Shown in pieces: positions 1 through 12,486 of a stretch of DNA of 64,000 bases. The stretch lies in the NCBI GenBank assembly GCA_030390025.1, contig CM059438.1, positions 66,032,001-66,096,000 of the forward strand, given 5' to 3'. Made by a program: the position numbers and the translations under genes. The stretch is from Squalus acanthias. Lineage: Eukaryota. The stretch's first letter is position 1. Each line of letters opens with the position of its first letter. Below the pieces are notes generated by a model that was given only the letters and a program-made list of their open reading frames with translations, did not search any database and was not told the origin of the DNA.

Positions 1-1489
1 CTTATCCCTCCCAAAAATCCCACTATCTAGCTGGGTTTTGGTTTCAGGAGATCAGGGATAATGCTCACCAAATAGGGGTTTTGACAGTGCGAAATCCAGC
101 CAGGTAAGTTGATTGCGATTTTGAGGTACTCTCTTTTTGTCCTTTGGGGCCTGCCGTCCCCACGTGGTACCGGTCTGTGAAATCTGCGATGGTGGTCTGG
201 TCGTCGAGTTTTGTTGCGTTGGAGGCTTGTCGGGGCGGTACCTTCTGGGGCTGGACCGTGGGTTGAGTGATGCCGACTCGCTCCCAGCCTCCAGTGACCT
301 TGGCTAGTGGCTGCTAGTGCTAGACTGTGTGCTGAGCGATGCCGACTCACTCCCAGTGGCCTCAGCTCTAGCCCTTGCCTGGCCTAGTCTGTCCTTGCCT
401 CCGATCTCGCCCCGGGTCTGCCTTGTGGCCTTGCTGCTTCTCTCCTCCTCCTGCTCGTGTCGTGTGGCTGGTAGTGTCTTGCTGGAACTTGCTGCAACTG
501 GAACAGAGCTGAGAGAGACTTTCTTGAGGGATTAGGCCCTCAATTATACTGTTCAGACCCTTTGTCTTTTTCATGCCAAAACCCCTTTCCTAAATCGGTT
601 TCGTGTTGAAGTGATTTAGGTTTCAGTTGAGGCCTGTTCATTCCATTGTCTTAGTTTTGCGGGCTTGTTAAGTTTTGATGGTTTTAACTTGGTGTTAAAT
701 TGTCCTGATGGCTTCCGATGTCTCCCATTTAGGCAGGGCCTTTATCTAAGTGCCAAATCTTGTCCCTATAGATACCTGGCTGATTGGTTCTTGATGAAGT
801 AATGGCTGTACTAGATATTTTATTGTTTACAGGCTTCTGGCATCCTGTTTGGGCCTGGGGATATTCAAAAGGTGTCTTGAATTATTCAATTTTGGATGTG
901 TTGTGAGGTTTTGGGTGAGGTTCTTCCTCTTGCCTGGATTGCAGTGCAAACAAATTCCAGACAGCTTGACTCCAAAAGCTGTCCACTGCCTCGCCACACC
1001 CCTTCGCAAAGGTGTTTTGTTCCCATAGTCATTTTCAAAAGTCATTTTTCCTCAGAGTTTTTCTTCCCTGATCTTTAAAATGTCCAAAACTGAGGTTTTT
1101 ACCTCAAATCACTTCACTTATGTCCCATCATCCCAAATTCATAGGAAAAATCCAAAAATCACCCCTTTTAGGGTTCTATACGAGTTTCTGGGGAATTTTG
1201 CGAAGCTTACAAGGGACAACTGGGAGGTAAATGAAGTTGATCCTGTGGGAGGAGGAAAATGACGTAATGAGCTACTCTGGTTAAACATCTCAAATATAGG
1301 GTATGCTACAAGGCCAGCAAGTCGACACAAGAAGGAGGACAGTTTTCTCTATGAAGGGTATGTGAGAACAGGAGAGTTATTTTAATCTTCAAGGAACCAA
1401 GTATAAATTTGGAACACTCAAGTGGTAGAGTCAGAGTTGGTCAATGTAATGTGTGGCTGCTTCAGTTCTCAGTGCATAAGGGAAGCCAC

Positions 1490-1850
1490 AAGAGACGGTG
1501 CTCATCCTGCCCTGGTATTTATAAGTGGCGATGCACAGAAATTGTAGCACCTGGGGGGGGACAGCAATCGCAGAATGATGAAGCTTAATACGATCAGGGA
1601 TTCAGATATACCAAAGAGCATGAGTTAGGTGTACAACTTCAAAAGAGCTAAATTCAAAGACATAAAGGAGCAAATAAAGCAAAGGAGGATGTTTGGCAAT
1701 ATTTCAGTAGAGGATGAATGGAACACCCTTAAAGGAATAACGTTGAACATGCAGGACCAATGTGTATCTAAGATCAGCAGGCTCAGACTAAAGAAGCTTG
1801 ATCCAAATTTGATTAATCAGCAATTAAAAATGAAATATCAAAATGTACGA
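1490..1850 (+). mobile_element. Decayed CR1-type LINE ORF2 fragment (endonuclease-RT linker)
   Basis: ORF 1629-1925 reads YNFKRAKF...SVEDEWNTLK, resembling the CR1 ORF2 linker (NFxKAxF...VEExWxxFK). Confidence 0.55.
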
Positions 1851-1856
1851 CTTTTT

Positions 1857-2960
1857 ATAGAATCACAGAAATATACAGCACTGAAGGAAGTCATTTGGAC
1901 CATCCTGTCTGTGCCGGCTCTTTGAAAGAGCTATCCAACCAGTCCCACTCCCCTGCTCTTTACCGATAGCCCTGCAATATTTTCCCCTTCAAGTATTTAT
2001 CCAATTCCCTTTGGAAAGTTATTGGGGCGGATGCCTCCGACCAGCAAAAAATCTACGAATTTACCTGATGGTCCCGGAGGTTCAGACACTTGCGCTCCTG
2101 GGCCTCTATGCTTAGACATGCGTAGATGCCCACATATCCCGGGGGGCAGGCGGTTCGTAAGCGCCCCTGGGATCACGTGGGCTGGCCCAACCAATGAAAG
2201 AAAGGGATCCCCATTCATGCTTATGAGGAGTCCGTATGTACGGAAACCCCATAAGCATGAATGGGAATACCCCAAAAATACACGTGCACTTCAAATCAAT
2301 TTTTTTAAAAAAATCACATATTTAAAATTAATCAAAATGGCCTTTAATTAAATATTTCAAACAAAAATGTATTTTTTTGAAAAATAAATGTACATATTTT
2401 AAAGTGGCTAAAAAATAAACTTAGCTTATTTCACAGGTTTTTAAATGTATACATTATTGAAAAAAAAATATTTTTCTGTTCTTTAAAAGTCTTACGCTGG
2501 TAAAAGCAGGCCTTATGCTTGCTTTTACCAGGCGTAAGAATTTTATGGGCATTCGTTGGGCAAATATCCCGACTCTCTGCCCGCGGAGGCCCTTTTCGCG
2601 GGGATGCGTGCGATCTGTCAAGATCACAAGTTTCGGGTTTTAGCGCATGCGCTTCACATGTCTAAACCCGGGACTTGCGCAGCCCCTACAGGTGCGTACG
2701 CACCCGTAGGGGCCGCAAATTACGGCCCAAAATTGAATCTGCTTCCAACAGCCTTTCAGGCAGCCCACGCATTCCAGATCATAACAGCTCTCTGCGTAAA
2801 AACATCTCTCCCCATCTCCCATCTGGTTCTTTTGCCAATTATTTTAAATCTGTGTCCTTTGGTTACCAACCCTCCTGCCAGTGGAAACAATTTCTCCTTA
2901 ATGACTCTATCAAAACCGCTCATAATTTTGAATACCTCTATGGAGTCTCCCCTTAACCTT
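1857..2960 (-). mobile_element. CR1 LINE 3' end, split by a MITE at 2024-2728
   Basis: The tail atagaatcacagaa...gaaagttatt resumes as ttgaatctgcttcc after the insert. The uninterrupted version is at 3720-3930. Confidence 0.8.
2024..2728. mobile_element. Non-autonomous DNA transposon (Harbinger-type MITE)
   Basis: It interrupts a CR1 copy, has GGG...CCC ends, GC-rich arms, an AT-rich core and internal hairpins, and is related to 21065-21807. The left TIR is degenerate. Confidence 0.65.
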
Positions 2961-3719
2961 TGTCCAGGGTTTCCGCGGCCGTGTTACAAGTGGGATCACT
3001 CAGTACTGTGGGAATAGGTGTTACAGTGACATCACCGGAAGACACTTAGCTTGGCAACCTTGGAGCCTCCACACTTCTATGTGGTTGGCATTTAAAATGG
3101 ACTGTTTCAGCTGACATCTTAATTTAATTAGTTGACCAATAAGCAGTGCAGATGGCAAACGTGACGAAGAGGCATGGGATATGATTTATAACTCAGGTTT
3201 TTGCAAAGCTTCTCATCAGATGTCCCTTTATTTCGATCCAGCTCCAGCCTGGCAGCTTGTGTAAGGCTGCAGTTCTATTCCTGTGTTTCTGCTGATCTTC
3301 ATTAAGGGAGTTCCAGGAACTAGCCAGAACACACAATTGATTTGCAGCACTGTAAATCACTCGGTGCTATCTATCATATTAATTTTGAAATTTATGTTCT
3401 CCTTCCCCCTCCCTTCTTTGGCTGCCGCTACCACACACACCTTTCCTATGTGAGTGAGACAGCTGGTCTATAAATCACAGAACCCAATCCTCTGCGAAGT
3501 GGAGTACATGACATGACGAGACTGAAAAAATGTAAAATCAATCTTTATGCTCCTCTCCTAATTTCTGTCAGTGCTAAACTCACTGTCGGGCAACGTGACA
3601 ACTTTAACCCTTTCTTGTCTCCAGAACCTGGGGGGGAGGGAAGAAATAAGTGCTGTGGATACTGTTTGAAGTACTATCATCCCTGCCATCACAAAGAATG
3701 TACAGCAACCAAAGCAACG

Positions 3720-3930
3720 TTTAGAATCATAGAATCTTACAGCTCTTAGAAAGAGCTATTCAATTAGCCCCACTCCCCCTCTCTTCCCATAACCCTGCAA
3801 TTTTTTTCCCTTCAAGTAGATATCCAATTCCCTTTTGAAAGTTACTGTTGAATCTGCTTCCACCGCCCTCTCAGGCAGTTCATTCCAGGTCACAAGAACT
3901 CACTGCGTCAAGAAAGTTCTGCTCATCTCG
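3720..3930 (-). mobile_element. CR1 LINE 3' fragment
   Basis: tagaatcatagaatc tail plus 3' region matching the other CR1 copies in the window. Confidence 0.75.
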
Positions 3931-4198
3931 TCTCTATTATTTTCATTTGAAGTTGAGCATCATCGTCCAGCTGGTTGGATCGGGAGGATTAAATCCAACA
4001 ACTGTGACCCCTACGTACTTGTGACAGCACAAACCCCTGAGCTGATGAACAAAGGGAGCGATGAACAGGATTTGCAGCGATGCATTATGACAGATCAACA
4101 GCAGGTTGACAGACTCAGTTAAAGGACACTCTGTCGTAAATGCGCAAAGATTCGGGTTCCTCAACATGAATGAAAGGCTCAAATATCATGTTCAAGAA

Positions 4199-4914
4199 GA
4201 GGAGATTCGGAGTTGAGCACAACATTACACCCAAAAGATGTAGGGGGCGCTAACAGGGCGCAAAGCCCCGAGCACCTGGGCGCAGCGACGCTAACGCCTC
4301 CTGCAAAATTCAGCGGGAGGTTAGCGGCGGCAGTAGGCGGTAGCGCCTCGCGGCGCTGCGCCTCCGGCGATGACATCATCGCCATGCGCACCGCCCCGGC
4401 CGCAAACTTCGGTCGCACCCCCTGTCCACAAACTTCGGCCGCGCCCCCTGGCCTACCACCGGACGATATGTCCGACAGGGTCAGGGTGGTGTTGCCACGG
4501 CCGCGCAAATTAATGGGCAGGCACCGGGCGGCCATTTTTTTGGGGGCTGCCTGCCAGCACCTGCCCCCTTCCGCTTTTTCATGCAGGGTGCTGGCCACGA
4601 TCGGCTGTTTTCCCAGCACCCCGCTCTCCTGTGGTCCAGCAGGGCCCCGGTGCGCGCTGCGCTAGGCCCCTACCCTTTAATCTGGGGAGGGAGGCCTGTA
4701 ATACCACGGCATGATGTGCCATTGCGCTGTTGTGCCGCGATATTGAATGGTAGCGCCCTAGGAAGGAGGGGGAGCGCTTCCAGTAGCGCCCTGCCTCCTG
4801 CTTGGGGCGCTACCACTCAATTTATGGCACGGGCCGCTGACTTTTTTGGGGCGCTAAAAGTAGCGCCCCAGCGAAGTTAGCACCCCAAAGTGGGCGCGAC
4901 CGAATTTTTCCCCC
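4199..4914. mobile_element. Harbinger-type MITE (same family as 28803-29681)
   Basis: Right end cgaatttttccccc and many AGCGCC/GGCGCT motifs shared with 28803-29681. The left end is degenerate. Confidence 0.65.
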
Positions 4915-5614
4915 GTAGACTTCTAGAGTGTTAGGATGCAGAAACAGGCCATTTGGCTCAGTAGGCTTGTGTGTGTTTTCCAAGTATGAAATAGAATAAG
5001 GAAAGAAACTACAACTTAAATGAGATTTTAACTGGAATAGAGAAGCAGAGGGACCTTATAGTCTGACCCACTCTATTGCTCACGCTCTTGGATATTTTTT
5101 CTTTACAAGTATCCATTAAATTCTCTTTTAAACTTTGTGGGGTAGACATTAACTTTTGGTCGACCGACTGGTGAAACACGCAGGCTGCTCAGTCGTGCCG
5201 GGAGCGAAGAGGTCGGAACCATTTCAAGGCCTCATTTAAATAGAAGTGGCGAGCTGTCCGCCCCAAATAGACATCCTGGTGCAACTTTATGGATTTGGGC
5301 CACGCAATATCGGGCAGCCTAGAGATGGGGAGATCGCAATTGTGATGGGGGAACCTGGACCAACAGCAGTCTAGATTATATTTGTGGGGCAGCCCTGCTC
5401 CCCCTCCTGACTCCACAAGAATCATTTTAAACTTACTTTTTCTGGTCCTCTTTGGCTGTACGGTCAGTAAAACTGTTCTGCACTTGCTCAGCGCACGCTA
5501 CGCCTGGTTCTATAACTTTGGCAAACAATGTCCTATTATACCCCCAATCTGCATAGTAAAAGGGCCTCTCACCATTTTCCAAAACATTCTCTTTTGTAAT
5601 CATAAAATCCACTA

Positions 5615-6130
5615 TCAGGTCACCTCTCAACCTTCTCCGCTCTCGTGAAAAAAGCCCTAACATCTTCTCAAGTCTCTCTCCATAACTGTAACCGCCCATT
5701 CCTGGTAGCATCCTAGTGAATCTACACTGCACCTTTTATATTGCTTTTATCTCGGTCCTATAAACGAGTGCCCAAAACTAGGCACAGTATTCCCACTGAG
5801 GTCTAACTCTGGTCTTATACTTGTTCAATATCAATTTCTGACTTGCATTTGTCTTCTGTTCCTGTAAATACAAAAACAAGGATTCCATTTGCCCTTTTTA
5901 TGCTACTTACACTGTCCTCTTCAATAGCCTGTGTATCAACACATTCAGGTCCATCTGCCTCCCTACTCCAGTTAAAATCTTATTCAAGATGTATTTTCTT
6001 TCCTTATTCCTACTTCCAAGATGTATTATTTCACATTTCTCTATTTTACACTGAATCTGACATCTATCTATCCATTTGGCTACCTGACCTATGTCCTCCC
6101 GTAGTCTTTGTCACAAATTGCCATCCCTTT
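5615..6130 (-). mobile_element. Decayed CR1 LINE ORF2 3' fragment
   Basis: Minus ORF reads QCRFTRMLPGM...YGERLEK.LGLFS.ERRRLRGDLI, the CR1 C-terminal signature. Confidence 0.75.
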
Positions 6131-6239
6131 CAAACTTCAATATTCTTGGCTCAATTCCTGAATCTCAAAATTCTGTGTATGCTAGTCAATCTCCTGTGTT
6201 ATTGCATCAAGCACAGTATTGAGGTCAAGTAAGGTGAGA

Positions 6240-6545
6240 GGGTGGGGGAACACTGGACCTAGATGGAGGAGGGGGATGACGGAGAAGGAAAAAGGGAAGC
6301 TAAAGAGATGGATTTGGGGGGAGGGGGAGAGGAAGGGCGAAGAAGAAAGGAGATGGAGAGTATGGGGCTAGGTTGGTGGGGAGGGAGTGGAGGAAAAGGA
6401 GCAACTTGGAAGGTAATGGGTAGAAAAAAAGAGGAGAGGAGTTGTATGGGGAAAGGAGATGGAGTAAATGGGGAGGGGGACTGGGATGGAGGGAGGGAGG
6501 GGGAGGAGGAAAAAGGTGGGCGAGGAAGGGTGGAAGATGTTTGAA
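6240..6545 (+). repeat. Purine-rich (G/A) low-complexity tract
   Basis: Strongly G/A-biased with many G runs. The ORF here is a composition artefact. Confidence 0.7.
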
Positions 6546-7864
6546 TGGTTATTGGTGGGGATGTAGAACGGCTTGCCTGGTTTGATGTTTTGTGGAGTGA
6601 GGGGTAGTAGGCTAGGGATAGTTCCTGAGAGAGGCTGGGCGGTGGCTAGGACCCAGGATGCTGCTCATTGGAGAGATGGCAAGTGTCTTTGCGGGCAAAT
6701 TGTGTGGGGGGTGGGGTGGAGTTGCCAATGTCGGTGGCGATCGGCGAAATAAACAAGTGTGCGAAGGCTGGTTGGTTGCACAAGTGGGCAGGGATTGGCG
6801 ATCTTTGGGGCTGGATGATTGTTCAGGCACCCATTTGCTTAGAGGTCGGGGATGGAGCGGATTGCGGAAGATGGTGCTTACGGGGTGAGGTGGGAGGAAG
6901 TGATGGACAGCTGTATGGAAGTGGAATATCGACTACAAGTTGTTAAGTTACTTATAGACTTTGACATGTATCTTCTTCTGTGAATATGGCTGTTGGTTGA
7001 GAGAACGAGGGCTGAAAACCTTAAAGCTGCTTGAGCAGTAGTACTCAATAGCCAAAGGCTGGAACTGCATGTAGACTCCAAACAATTTTTTTCTTCTGTT
7101 AATTCTCAATATATTATGTAGAAGCAGTTGTTTTAGCAGCTAACATTACATGACATTAATATCGAAAAAACCTTTCATGGTGTCACAGGTACTGCAGTTA
7201 AATGTTGACAGTTTTATAATGAGTTATGCCATTGACAAGAGCCAACATGAGAGTTATGGAAATAGAATGTTGCGATCCACTCAGCAATTTTAATATGTAA
7301 TACATAGCTAATAACAGTGGCCCAAACGCAGATCCCTGTGGAATAACACTTACTGCCTCTATCTAGTTCAGCAAAGCTCCGTTTAACCGTGCCTTCTGCT
7401 TTCTGCCTTTTAGCTGTCTCTGTATCCATGTGGCCATATTCCTCTTAATTCGATATGCCATTATCTTTGCCGTATGTACTACATTTGATTACAATTCAGC
7501 ACATCAGCGGATTTCTTTTAAATTGAAAATCAATGGAAGCCTTGAAATCCATGCTTCGAGATTAATAGGAATAATCCTTTTATGGAGATAATACAGTTAT
7601 CCATCACTGTCCTCCTTTTCTTTTTCTTTTTGCACCTCTTTTTACCTCGACTTCTGCTCCCATAATCTTCCAGACGCTCAGCTAACGTGCTTTAGTTACT
7701 CTGGAGACAGCCATGCTTTTCGCCTGTGCCGTCATGTGCTAGGAATGTACTGTACTCTTGGTCTGTAATTTATCGGAGTGCCGGTGGTATAACATTTCCA
7801 GATCCCACAAGATCAACCATTTCACCTGATACCTGCACCCATACAGGTTTGAACAAGATGACAG

Positions 7865-8100
7865 CAAAAATAAAGACTTGTATTTATATAGCGCTTTACA
7901 GGCAATTAAGTACTTTTAAAGTGAAGTCACTGTTGTAATAAGGAAAAGAGCTTGCATTTATATAGCGCCTTTCAGGACGTCGCAAAGTGCTGTACATCCA
8001 ATGAAGTACTTTTTAAGTGTACTCACTGCTGTAATGTAAGAAACGCAGCAGCCAATTTGTGCACAGCAAGGTCCCACAAACAGCAATGAGATAATTGGCA
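7865..8100 (-). mobile_element. Two tandem Deu-domain SINE 3' fragments
   Basis: ttgcatttatatagcgcc tail and aagtacttt...gctgtaatgtaag core shared with 11155-11542. Confidence 0.7.
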
Positions 8101-8109
8101 CCTTGTGTT

Positions 8110-8235
8110 TTTTTATTCGTTTATGGAATGTGGGCGTCGCATCCAAGGCCAGCATTTATTGCCCATCCCTGATTGCCCTTGAGAAGGTGGTAGTGAGCCG
8201 CCTTCTTGAACCGCTGCAGTCCGTGTGGTGAAGGT
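8110..8235 (-). mobile_element. 3' tail fragment of the CR1/L2-group LINE seen at 19037-19710
   Basis: Translates HGLQRFKKAAHYHLLKG, matching HGLQRFKKVAHHHLRKG in ORF 19114-19791. Confidence 0.75.
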
Positions 8236-8454
8236 TGGTCTCCACTTGCTGTCGAGTCAGACTGTGCAGGGTTCCTCCAGTCCAGTTGTGGGAGGATCTT
8301 CCTGAAAAAATATTTCATTGGTATGATATCTTCAAGCATTCTAAACACAACACTTCTCAGTAAAAAAGGCTTGGGATGTTGCTAAAATATTCAATTATGC
8401 AAATAACTAAACGGCAGAAGATGCAGAAAATGGCAGAGCAGTGGCCTAGGGACA

Positions 8455-8850
8455 AAAATGGAGGCATTTAGGTGGGAGGATCTGCAAGGAGGAGAGGGAG
8501 ATGGAGGCATTTAGGAAGGGAAGTCAAAGCGGCAGGGCCGAGGTAGCTGAAGGCACAAATGTTACGGGTGGGGTGAAGGGAGGGAGAAATGCGGAAAAAG
8601 CTGGAGTCCGAGAAATGGAGAGTTCAGTGGGGGGGGCAGAGAGACAATTGTAGCGCTGGAGGAGGTTACAGAAGGGTGAGGCCTTGAAAGAATTTAAACA
8701 TGAGGATGAAATTTTAAGTTTGAGGTGTTGGGAGACAGGCCATCAATGCAGGTCAGCAAAGACGGGGTAATGGATGATCAGGACTTGGTGTGGGATTGGA
8801 GGCAGCAACTAAATTTCGGATGAGCTGACGTTGAAGGAGGGCGGAGGATG
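8455..8850 (-). mobile_element. Decayed L2-like LINE fragment
   Basis: Resembles the reverse strand of an L2 ORF2 3' region by eye; heavily diverged. Confidence 0.4.
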
Positions 8851-10324
8851 AGAGAACACGCAATGGCAGCGCAGATAAGTGAGGTCAAAGTGAAGTAAAG
8901 ATGATTTTTCAAAATTTTACTTAAAGCTAAATAGTAGGAATTGGCTCCACATCATGTCTGAATAGTACATACTGTATGCAAGGCCCAAATTGAAATGTCA
9001 AGCAGCAATGTGCCTGAAGGGCACTTTTGTCACATTGCTATGGCCAGAGAGGGAGAAATCAGGCCGTTAATGCCTTAGCTGTTTGGTAACTCAATTATCG
9101 AATGCCGCATGTCAAAGCAATTGTTTTCTGTCTGCCAAAAAGTGAACTGCACAAATCCCTTATTTAGAAATCCGTCCATATATTTTGCTGTGTTGTGCAG
9201 CAGCAGCAATTTTGATTTCCACATAAAATGTGGCCCAAAAGACAAAAAAGGAGGATTATTTTTTAAGTTAAGTATTTTACTGACATCTAAATAGTTTCAT
9301 GGGGGAATAGCTCAATAAAAATGGATTTCATAAGTGTTTTGGTCCAATGCGGCTCATTCGACTCGTTGACTTCTAATGTTGAATTTGAGTACTGGAACTC
9401 AAAAGCTTTGATTTATTAATGTAAAACTCCATAGTGCTGTTTTAATTATATGTAATTGGAATTCAAAGTGTTGAAAATAACTAGATTTTGATTATCAACA
9501 AGTCTCGACTGTGTTATGTTGTGAATATTTAAATGACGATTACACAGATGTAATGCACTGAATATTTCCAGGGCAGGTTGAGCGAGTGATCTAATCACAC
9601 AGTTATTTGACCACTGATTAGACTTGTCTGGCAAATAGGATGAGCTCAAGCCTGAATTCCCATAGCCGCTTTTCACCATTTAGTTGTGTGACGTAAATAC
9701 TTTGCAGACCCCACAGTGTGAGATGTTCCTTCGCAGAAAGAGAAAGGGCGGGGGGGGGGGGGGCAACAGACAGGGAGGAGAAAAACACACACACACCGAC
9801 ATTGCAAAGTTCATCAAACTTTCAGGGCACCATCTGCGTGCCCTTGGCAGAATGATCCGCGCCCAAACTTGCCAGTGCATCATGGTGAATGTTGTTGCTC
9901 GGGTGTAAAAGAAGAAAGTCTTGCCGTGAAAGCTTTTGAGGCAACCATGACACTTTTGAACAAAAAACACAGAAGACTTTGTGAGATTTGCTGAATGTGT
10001 CCAGTTATAAAGTATTAAGAACTGTCACCTCGAGCGCACTGAGCTTGTCACTGCAAGCTTTTCCAGGGGAGGGGCAGATTCAGAATCGCCTGCGTTAGAA
10101 TAGGTCTCAGCACTTTGAGGTCCTTATTTTAATCAGGCTGCCCGGGGAAAGTTTGTGATTGAAATGGACAGGCAAGTCAATGAGGGCCACCCACGCATGC
10201 CTCCCAGGAGAGTGGAAAGAGGCACTTTCATGTGTCATGGAGGGAGGAGGATTCTGGAAATAATTTGGAGATCAACAACTTAGAAATGGGGAACTGATCT
10301 GAGCTGTGGGATGCACACTTACAT

Positions 10325-10530
10325 TTTTCACCCAAGGGGTAGTGGAAATCGAGAACTCTCTCTCCCCCAAAAGCCTGTGGATGCTGGGCCAATTGGAATT
10401 TTCAAGACTGAGATCGGTAGATTTTTGTTAGGCACGATTATCAAGGGATATGGAGAAAAGGTGGCTAAATTTGAGATGCAGATTTGCCTTGATCTAATTA
10501 AATGACAGAATGGTCTGTTCCTGTTCCTTT
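10325..10530 (+). mobile_element. CR1 LINE 3' fragment
   Basis: Matches the 3' part of the CR1 copy at 50950-51410 (gtagtggaaatc...actgagatc...gatctaatt). Confidence 0.7.
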
Positions 10531-11154
10531 CCTTTCTGGGACTTGATTTCAAATCCAGGGCAGATTGAATATTGAAAGTTCCCCATGTCTTTTGATTGTA
10601 ACAGAGCTACAAGAAATGCAATTAGATTCAAACCCATGGTGCAAAACTGCTCCTAATTTGGCACAAGTTTGGCTATTTCACTTGCAGGCCGCAGGCCGGC
10701 CCCTATGGAAAATGTCATACTGGTGCTCTTCTGAGATTGGGGCTCAGGCACATTCTGGAGCAGAGGAAGCTTTCTCCTGCATCTCTCCTTATTATACTGT
10801 GTTGAAGGTGCTATATAAATGCAAGTTGTTGTTGTTGTTGATCGTTGGAGGGCTTGTTGCTGAACCTGAGTGTGAAAAACTGCAGGAATCGCGTAGAATA
10901 ATGTCGTGAATGCATTTGTTTACCAGATATTGAGTTTGCAATGTAGAAGGGGTATGACAGGAGGACTTAATAAGAAACAAAATGTGAAGTGATTACATTT
11001 TTACAACCGCCGAGAAATACAGACTGGAGATTGTTCAACTGTCACGACAGTCATTACATTTATACATGAACATCATAAACATTAAATGTAAAATATTGGC
11101 TGAACAGAACTGGTTCACTAATGAATTGCCATGAAGATACATTTGAAACGAACA

Positions 11155-11542
11155 GAAAGAAACATTTGCATTTATATAGCGCCTTTCATGACTTCAGGAT
11201 GTTCCAAAGCGCTTTACAACCAATAAGTACTTTTGAAGTGTAATCGCTGTTGTAATGTAGGAAATGCAGCAGCCTATTTGCATACAGCAGGGTGCTACAC
11301 ACAGAAAGGTGATAATGACCAGACAATCTGTTTCAGTGATGCTGGTTATTGGCCACCTGATAGGGCAAACGGGGCCTCGGTTTAACGTCACATCCGAAAT
11401 ACGGCACCTGCGACAGTGCAGCACTCCCTCAGTGTTGCACTGGAGTGCCAGCCTAGATTTTGTGTTCAAGTCTCTGGAGTGGAAATCGCAACCTTCTGAC
11501 TCACAGAGGCGAGAGTGCGACCACTGAGCCACGGCCGACACT
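11155..11542 (-). mobile_element. Near full-length tRNA-derived Deu-domain SINE (SacSINE1/AmnSINE-like)
   Basis: Head gtgtcggccgtggctcagtgg (A-box) on the minus strand, core ctgtcgcaggtgccg, tail gcgctatataaatgcaa. Multiple copies in the window. Confidence 0.75.
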
Positions 11543-12486
11543 GTGTCAATTCTTTGGGTTTTTTGAGAGATCTCGTAGTTTCACTTCCGACTGATACCTG
11601 CACCATTTGTGGACTGCATCAGCTCCTGTGGTCCAAAGCAACAGAAGCGTTGCTGGCATATTCACTGAAACTGGTGAACTCACAGCAAAGGCACTAGATG
11701 ACACTAATAGTGGGTTATTACTCCATCTATGAGCTGTCCTGTGTCTCTGCAGCAATCCCACATTCGAATCCCCTTTACCGTGCCATTTCAGCTGTCTTTA
11801 ACGTGAATCATATAGTCCTGGGAGATTTGCACATAAATGAACCCTAGAATGTAACTGCAGATGAGCAGCTGCTAGGCTGTAGTCCTGATGGCTCACAACA
11901 TTGAAAACACTTCTTACGATGCAACTACATCTTTTTTGGAACCATGCTGATAAAATCAGCGACTCTCGCTCGGAATCACAGCAGTCGATTTTTATATTTC
12001 TTTAAGGCTCGCAGTTGCCACAAATCAACTTGTACCAGGGACTCCGGTCTTTCAGCCTCCCGAATGGCATGTTGGATGCCATGGGTAGGCCTGAAGAGTT
12101 ATGAAGAGGGATCCCTGTGTGCAAGCCAAATAGCTGTCCCCTACAGGATTGGAGTGTGTGCGTGGCCACAGCTGCCTCTTTGCTGATGAGACCCTGTCCC
12201 AATGGAGAGTGCCACTTGGGTTAAGAAAAGATGTTGGCATCAATTGTGCTGAGGGCGGATATGCTATAAGTCACTGAATTTGGAAAAAAAAAATTAAAAG
12301 GGAAGTTTATTCGACTGCATTATCCTGTAATTCCAATAACTTTAAAGGAAGTTATGTGGGCATTTCCTGATGTCTTCATGCTTTAACTGCTGGTATGTTT
12401 TATGCAAATAAACCACCAATCAGGGGTTTGATAGGAGGAGAAAAGTTGGAGCTTCCTTTGAAGTGACGTCATGAATTCAGAGTTAA

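Noticed and set aside
4179..4880. GC-rich ORFs or CpG-island promoter
   Set aside because: Explained by a MITE of the same family as 28803-29681.
6263..6544. G/E-rich 93-aa ORF
   Set aside because: Result of purine-rich low complexity.
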